Shown here piece after piece: positions 57,670 through 64,000 of a stretch of DNA of 64,000 nt. This DNA comes from the human T2T-CHM13v2.0 reference genome, Homo sapiens: positions 22,656,001 to 22,720,000 of the forward strand of contig CP068257.2 in assembly GCA_009914755.4 (NCBI GenBank), in the 5' to 3' direction. The notes beneath the pieces were generated by a model. That model was not told the DNA's origin and searched no databases. It was given only the letters and a program-made list of their open reading frames with translations. The translations under genes and the position numbers were made by a program. How positions within the stretch are numbered: position 1 is the first letter of the stretch; each line of letters opens with the position of its first letter.

Positions 57670-59322
57670 TTTTTAAAACTATGTTTTATGTTAACTTTCA
57701 AGTTAGCTTTGGAGATACATGTGAAGATTTGTTATACAGGTAAACTCCTATCACGACGGTTTGTTGCACTGATTATTTCATCACCAGGTGTTAAGCCTGG
57801 TACCCAATAGTTATTTTTTCTGCTCCTCTCCCTCCTACCAACCTCCAGTCCCAACTAGACACTAGTGTCTGTTGTTCCCCTTTTTGTGTTCCTGAGTTCT
57901 CATCATTCAGCTCCCACTTATAAGTGAGAACATGTGATATTTGGTTTTCTGTTTCTGCGTTAGTTCATCCATCCATGTTCCCACAAAAGACATGATCTCA
58001 TTCTTTTTTATAGATGCATAGTATTCCATGGTGTATATGTACTATGTTTTCTTTATCCGATCTGTCATTGATGGGCGTTTAGGTTGATTCTATGTGTTTG
58101 CTATAGTCAATAGTGCTGCAATGAACATATGCATGCATGTGCCCTTAGAGTAAAACAATTTATATTCCTTTGGGTATGTAACCAGTAGTGGGATTTCTGG
58201 GTCAAATGGCAGTTCCGCTTTTAGCTCTTTGAGGAATCACCATACTGCTTTCTGCAATGGTTGAACTAATTTACACTCCCCCGACAGTGTGTAATTCCCT
58301 TTTCTCCACAACGTCACCAGCATCGGTTATTTTTTGACATTTTAATAATTGCCATTCTGAGTGGTGCGAGATGGTATCTTGTTGTGGTTTTAATTTACAT
58401 TTCTCTAATGCTCATGATATTGAGCTTTTTTATATGCTTGCTAGCTACATGTATGTCTTCTTTTGAAAGCATCTGTGCATGTCCTTTGCCCATTTTTTAA
58501 TGAAGTTGTTTGTTCCTCTCTTGTAAATTTCTTTAACTTCCTTATAGATGCTGAATATTAGACCTTTGTCAGATGCATAGTTTGCAAAAATTTTCCCACG
58601 TTCAGTAGGTTGTCTGTTTACTTTGTGATTAGTTTCTTCTGTGGTGCAGAAGCTCTTTAGTTTAATTAGGTCACATTTGTCAATTTTTGCTTTTGTTGGG
58701 ATTACTTCTGGTGTCTTTGTCATGAACTGTTGGCCCGTTCTTATGTCCAGGATGGTATTGCCTAGGTTGTCTTCCAGGATTTTTATAGTTTTGACTTTTA
58801 CATTTAAGTCTTTGATCCATCTTGAGTTGATTTTTGCATGTGATGTAAAGAAGGGGTTCAGTTTCAATCTTCTGCATATGGCTAGCCAGCACCATTTATT
58901 GAACAGGGAGTCTATTTTTATTTTTATTTTTGCTTGTTTTCATCAGCTTTGTCAGAGATCAGATGGTCTTACATGTGCAGCCTTATTTGTGGGCTCTCTT
59001 TGCTGTTCCATACGTCTATGTGCCTTTTATTGTACTAGTATCATACTGTTTTGGTTGTGGTAGCCCTGTAGTATTGTTTTTAAGTCTGGTAATGTGGTCC
59101 CTTCAACTCTGTTCTTTTTGCCTAGGATTGCATTGGCTATTTGGGCTCTGTTTTGGTTCCATATGAACCTTAAAATAATTTTTCTAGTTCTATGAAGAAT
59201 GTAATTTGTAGTATAATAGGAATAGCATTGAATTAGTAAATTGCTTTGGGCAGTAAGGCCATTTTAATATTAATTCTTCCTGCCCACGAGCATGAGATGT
59301 TTTTCCATTTTAACCTATGCAA
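57670..59322 (-). mobile_element. L1 LINE (L1PB-like, intermediate age), 3' about 1.65 kb, minus orientation
   Basis: 3' end reverse complement: ...gatacatgtgaagatttgttatacaggtaaactcctatcacgacggtttgttgcactgattatttcatcaccaggtgttaagcctggtacccaatagttattttttctgctcctctccctcctaccaacctccagtcc ... ctcccacttataagtgagaacatgtgatatttggttttctgtttctgcgttagttcatccatccatgttcccacaaaagacatgatctcattcttttttatagatgcatagtattccatggtgtatatgtactatgttttctttatccgatctgtcattgatgggcgtttaggttgattctatg ... The ORF 58445-58867 (-) is an L1 ORF2 C-terminal-region peptide (...[53 protein letters not shown]...). Confidence 0.85.
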
Positions 59323-59325
59323 AAC

Positions 59326-59540
59326 ATAGCAGCTTTAGACTATGTAAAACATAGCAGCTTTAGATTCACAGCAAAATAGAAAGGAAGGCACAGAGATTTC
59401 CCGTATACCCTCCACCCGACACATGACTAGCCCCGCTTATCAACATCCCTTACTAGAGAGTACGCGTATTGCAATAGATGAACCTAGATTGACAAGTCGC
59501 ATTCACCCAAAGTCCATGTTTTACCTTAAAATTCAGTTTT
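59326..59540 (-). mobile_element. Ancient L1M-type 3'-end fragment with a tandemly duplicated terminus, minus orientation
   Basis: gcaaaacatagcagctttagactatgtaaaacatagcagctttagattcacagcaaaatagaaaggaaggcacagagatttcccgtataccctccacccgacacatgactagccccgcttatcaacatccc ... gatgaacctagattgacaagtcgcattcacccaaagtccatgttttacc. This resembles the conserved reverse-complement 3' terminus of old mammalian L1s (tagcagctttagattcacagcaaaattgagaggaaggtacagagatttccc...). Confidence 0.5.
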
Positions 59541-59544
59541 GGTG

Positions 59545-59623
59545 ATATATTTGTGTATGCATATATATATGTGTGCGTGTATATATATATATGTATATAT
59601 ATGTTTTTGTGTGTATATATATG
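59545..59623. repeat. Compound (TA)n/(TG)n simple repeat
   Basis: tatatttgtgtatgcatatatatatgtgtgcgtgtatatatatatatgtatatatatgtttttgtgtgtatatatatgg. Confidence 0.85.
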
Positions 59624-62600
59624 GATTTTAAGACCCCTACTAACCTTTAAACCACAATAAAATATTTTATCAAAATGTTAAAAGTATTTGCTTTTTAGAA
59701 ATAGAGTTGAATTTCATTATTTATAGTATTAATGTAGTATTAGAGATGGGAGCATTAATAAATAATAACAGTAGTAGTAATATTATGTATGATGTATTAA
59801 GTGTTCATTCTGGCCAAAAAATGTGCTAAATTCTGCATTTATTATTACTTTACATCTAATCACAATGCTAGGTGACAATTATTAAGATGAAAACCAATAT
59901 ATATTTAAAGACATGGATGTACAATGACCACTAAGGAGACAGGTTTAACCAGAGAGAGATTCTGCATTGAGTAGAAATATGAGGCTTTGGATGGGCATGA
60001 ATTTCAGAATATGCTTGAGATTCAAAAGGCCAGTTGACTGACTAAAGTCTTATAGATAACTTTTAATGGGAGACTTACTATTGGAATTTTGACCTGTTAT
60101 TAACTATTGACATTTCCAAAATTTCTGATAGTGAAATGGCTATTTTTGGTTTGAAGCCTGTCATTACAACTTATTGTTCACTAATCTGACTCTGGAACTT
60201 ATTTTAAGCCCCCTTGTCTCAGTTTTATCATCTGTAACATTTTCCTAATAATAATATATTGCTCATGGGATAATTTTAAGAATAAAATCAGTGAAGATTT
60301 TTTGTATATGAATTTATTTGCAATTGTGTCTCATAGAATCCCTCAGAATATTAACCACTTACTGTTCCAAGACTAAAGGATCCAAAGTAAAAATTGCTTT
60401 AATTAAGTCCATGGCTAATCAATATGCAGGATTATTCAGCAGTTATTTGCCCATAATGGTCAAATAACTGCACTTGTTTATATAGATTTCTTAGAGCTTA
60501 TTGTACACATTCTTGAAAGTAGTAGGAATAGAAATACAATCAATTCATTTGAATTTTCAGTTTTGGTGGTAAATTGAAGTGACATGCAAGTAAAAATAAC
60601 AAACAATGTAAGTAGAATTTTTTATCCACTCTTCTAACTAGATGTAGATTCATTATTTCGGCGGCAAATATATTACCCAGGAAAGGTGATGCTACAAAAA
60701 AGCAGTTGTTACTCTTGTCAAATTATCAGTTATTGATGTGCGAACTAAAATACCCAAAAGAAAGAGGATGAGAAGCATATGGTTTAACCTCAGGCAACAG
60801 ACCTGTATGACTTGCTGTGAATTTTTACCACTTTATTCCAGATAATTCCCCCAAATGATACATATGATATTTCACATGAGTAAGGGAAACGGCAGTGTTA
60901 GGAGAGGGTGATAGCTGCTTTGTCTTCCTTATACAGCTTTTTCCATTTAGCATTTATTCTGTATTAAGACAGGTGCAACTTTTATGGAAAGAAATTACAG
61001 GCTCTTTTCAGAATCCCCCAAAATAAAATGGCACATTTTTCCCTCAGAGTAAAGAGTTCTCCAGCAATTGTCTCATTAATTTAACCAAAAATCGGTCTAC
61101 CATTCTAGGTAGTCAGGGTACTAAATTAAAAATATAAGGTATTCAATAACATTTAAATGGTAGTTATACATCTTCTAATCATATATGGCTTTTCTATGAC
61201 AAGAAAATTATATAATTTTAATTTTCAGTGTTTCAGTAGATCGACGGTACTTTTGAAGTTTCAGTTGAGGATAAAATCACACAACATCTACATGAGGATT
61301 TGGGATTGGAGCATAATTTTTTGCTGAGTATGTGCAGAGTTCCCAGGAAGGGAAATGCCTAAGATATAAGTAAAATTCAAATTTAATATGCCTTTCATAA
61401 AAGGTGATTGGGACAAGCTGTTAAATAATAGATTTGCAACTCTTTCACTTCAACTCAACAAATATTAAGTTTGAGTTTCAAACTTGGCTAATTAGGTGAG
61501 TCTTTTGGGAAGGGAAAATGGGATTACTCATCGGGGACCTCTGCTTGGGAAGGGAGGCCAACCGGTTCTGAACTTTACTCTGTTTTATGAACATTATTGA
61601 AATGTAAGTTCACAGTTTCAACCTTAATTATATCCAGAGGGTCCAGAACCACATTTTTTTCAAGTTCTTTTATCTTGAGCAACCAGTACTGTTTGATTTT
61701 TTGCAGTTGCCAACTCTCTCCTGCGGATGGCTCAGATGCAATGTATGTGATAAATCAATACAGAATAGGTTACCTTTTCTCAAAGAATTTGCCATTGAAT
61801 TGTGAAACTAAAACTATGAGAAAGTAAATAAAAATGTAAATGCAAAGTACAATATGAATCTGTATTAAGTGGTATTGTATAGCACAGAGGGAGAATAGGT
61901 CAAGGCTAATGAGGAATGATTTCTTCGAAGGAGGAGGTGGGTGAAAACTGGGCGAGCATTCCAGATAGATACATCATGGACAGCTGGCAATATGTCAATC
62001 ACCAGAGCCTTTTGGTACTCATTTTTTCAAATAATCCTGCATCCCAGTTTTACTATTCAAATAATTGATGTCAAAGTGTTATGTCATTTCATTAAAACTC
62101 ATTTTATTAATTATTTAATTGATTAATCTCTCCTTTGCATTGTATTAAAAATAGCACACATTTAATAAAATACATTTAAACTAATGCATATTTTATAAAA
62201 TTTTTATTTTTTATAGATTTTATTATGAAAACATTGAATATAAATTTTGGTTTATATGTTACAATATTGAATATCTAAGCATGATGTAATTTACTACATG
62301 TTTTAGTTATTTCATTTGTATCATACATGCCTTTTGGTCATGTTGTACATAATACAAAAATGTTTACCCTATATATTTTTAGGCTAAAGTAACAAACAAT
62401 ATCATTTGCAATGTGTGTTACTAGAAACAACATTAATTTTGCTTCTAGATGTAGAATATTTAAATTAATATTAATGTTATAAAATCTTATGTCTGAAATG
62501 TGGATTGAGATAGGATCTGGATTTTAAATATGAAAAAAATGGGAGGAGATAATTTTAATGACAGTCAGATTTGTGATAGAAAGAACATCATTAATAGTTA

Positions 62601-62669
62601 ATAGTACAGCATTATTTTTCCCCTAAGTTGAGATATTGCTTTAAAAAATATAATTCTAACACATTGGGT

Positions 62670-63540
62670 TTGTTTTTAATTTGCAGGGAGTACATGTGCA
62701 GGTTTGTTGCCTGGGTAAATTGCATGTCATGGGGGTTTGGTGTACAGATTATTTCATCACCCAGGTAATGAGTAAAGTACCCAATAGGTAATTTTTCATT
62801 CATTACCCTCCTCTCACTCTCTGTTCTCAAGTAGGCCAAGGTGTCTATTGTTCTATTATTTGTGTTCATATCTACTCAATGTTTAGCTCTCACTTATAAG
62901 TGAGAACATGTGACATTTTATTTCCTGTTCCTGTGTTTATTTGCTTAAGATAATGGCCCCCAGCTCCATGCATGTCACTGCAAAGGACATGATTTCCTTT
63001 TTTTTTTGGTATGGATGGATAGTATTTCATGGTGTATATGTACCATATTTTCTTTATCCATTCCACCATTGATGAGTATCTAGGTTGATTTTGTGTCTTT
63101 GCTATTATGAAAAGTATTGTGATAAACATAAGTATGCATGTGTTTTTATAATAGAACAAGTTATACTCTTTTGTATATATACTCAGTAATGAGATTGCTG
63201 GATTGAATGGTAGTTCTGTTTTAAGTTCTTTGAGAAATCTCCAAACTGCTTTCCACAGCAGCTGAAGTAATTGACATTCCAACCAACAGTGTATATGTGT
63301 TTCCTTTCCTCTACAGCATCACCAGCACCTGCTTTTTGTTTGTTTTTTTTTTGTTGTTTTTTGTTTTTTTACTTTTTAATAATAGCCATTCTTACTGCTG
63401 TGAGATGGTATCTCATTGTGGTTTGAATTTGCACTTCTCTAATTGGTGATGTTGAGCATTTTTCATATGCCTGTTGGCTGCTTGTATATCTTCTTTTGAA
63501 CAGTGTCTGTTCATGTCCTTTGTCAATTTTTAATGGGTGT
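62670..63540 (-). mobile_element. L1 LINE (L1PB-like), 3' about 0.9 kb, minus orientation
   Basis: ...gcagggagtacatgtgcaggtttgttgcctgggtaaattgcatgtcatgggggtttggtgtacagattatttcatcacccaggtaatgagtaaagtacccaataggtaatttttcattcattaccctcctctcactc ... ctcacttataagtgagaacatgtgacattttatttcctgttcctgtgtttatttgcttaagataatggcccccagctccatgcatgtcactgcaaaggacatgatttcc ... gtgagatggtatctcattgtggtttgaatttgcacttctctaattggtgatgttgagcatttttcatatgcctgttggctgcttgtatatcttcttttgaacagtgtctgttcatgtcctttgtcaattttt. The ORF 62890-63282 (-) is an L1 ORF2 C-terminal-like remnant. Confidence 0.85.
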
Positions 63541-64000
63541 CACGAAGTAGAGTGTAGTGAATCAAAAATCCTAAGTCTGATTTCTACTTTCCCTTGACTT
63601 TAACTTTGGTCCATTAAAGTTCAGTTTTCTCATTTAAAAAATTGATTTCAAAAACTCAATATTCCTTTGAGAATCTAATAATAAGAGCTGAAAAAAGTTA
63701 CTTAAAACATTAAATGGCTATAAATATTATTGTCAGTATAACAAATATGAACTTATGATAAACTTCACAGTATATTACTAAATTGTGAAACTTTCCAAGA
63801 ATCTTGACAGTTTGTTTTGTGAGAAAATTTGGGAGTTTAGCTAATTCAAGGATCTACTAAGAGCACTCAAATTAGAGTTAAATTTTTTTTTCTTTATACA
63901 TTTGCTCCTTTTGGAACACTTGTCTTTTTATATAACCATGTTGTAAGACCTGTCTCTCTCATCCAGCTGAAAAATTTTGAGTTTATGGCCTTAATTGCTT

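Overview
This window is not prokaryotic. It reads as AT-rich, repeat-dense primate (human-type) nuclear DNA, roughly 63-65% A+T by eye, with very few CpGs and no CpG island. The previously undescribed biological system suggested by the prompt is not supported by the sequence. There is no operon structure, CRISPR array or defence-island architecture.

Recognisable content:
- Alu SINEs: 12 full-length or truncated copies on both strands, several with diagnostic poly-A tails, and one with a clear 12-17 bp target-site duplication. There is also one Alu-monomer-like fragment.
- L1 LINEs: 9 copies, mostly 3' fragments on the minus strand. One is a ~4.4 kb old L1 whose decayed ORF2 (endonuclease and reverse-transcriptase regions) is recognisable in the ORF track and which carries a nested Alu. 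A second, ~2.4 kb plus-strand L1 also carries a nested Alu.
- MaLR-type LTRs: 8 copies, including one near-complete ~2.4 kb LTR-internal-LTR element whose internal part generates the cluster of 100-143 aa ORFs at 10.7-11.9 kb.
- An ancient Deu-domain (AmnSINE1-like) SINE remnant that stands out as a GC-rich block.
- Many microsatellites: (GT)n, (CT)n, (TA)n, (AAAT)n, (ATCT)n, (CAAA)n, poly-T, and GAA/GAG tracts.

I find no rRNA or tRNA genes and no convincing protein-coding exon. Every ORF in the supplied six-frame track is 143 aa or shorter and is explained by decayed L1 ORF2, Alu or MaLR sequence, low-complexity repeats, or chance.

The most interesting non-obvious signals are these:
- the Deu-domain SINE core at about 54.4-54.6 kb, a candidate exapted conserved non-coding element;
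- a near-perfect 52-bp inverted repeat (hairpin) at 23.65-23.77 kb;
- a local ~255 bp duplication at 6.5 and 7.7 kb;
- several textbook nested or ordered retrotransposon insertions;
- one exon-like segment (9061-9149) with strong acceptor, branch and donor motifs;
- several long, probably polymorphic simple-sequence tracts.

All coordinates are approximate to within about 5-20 bp, because they were set by eye against remembered consensus sequences.
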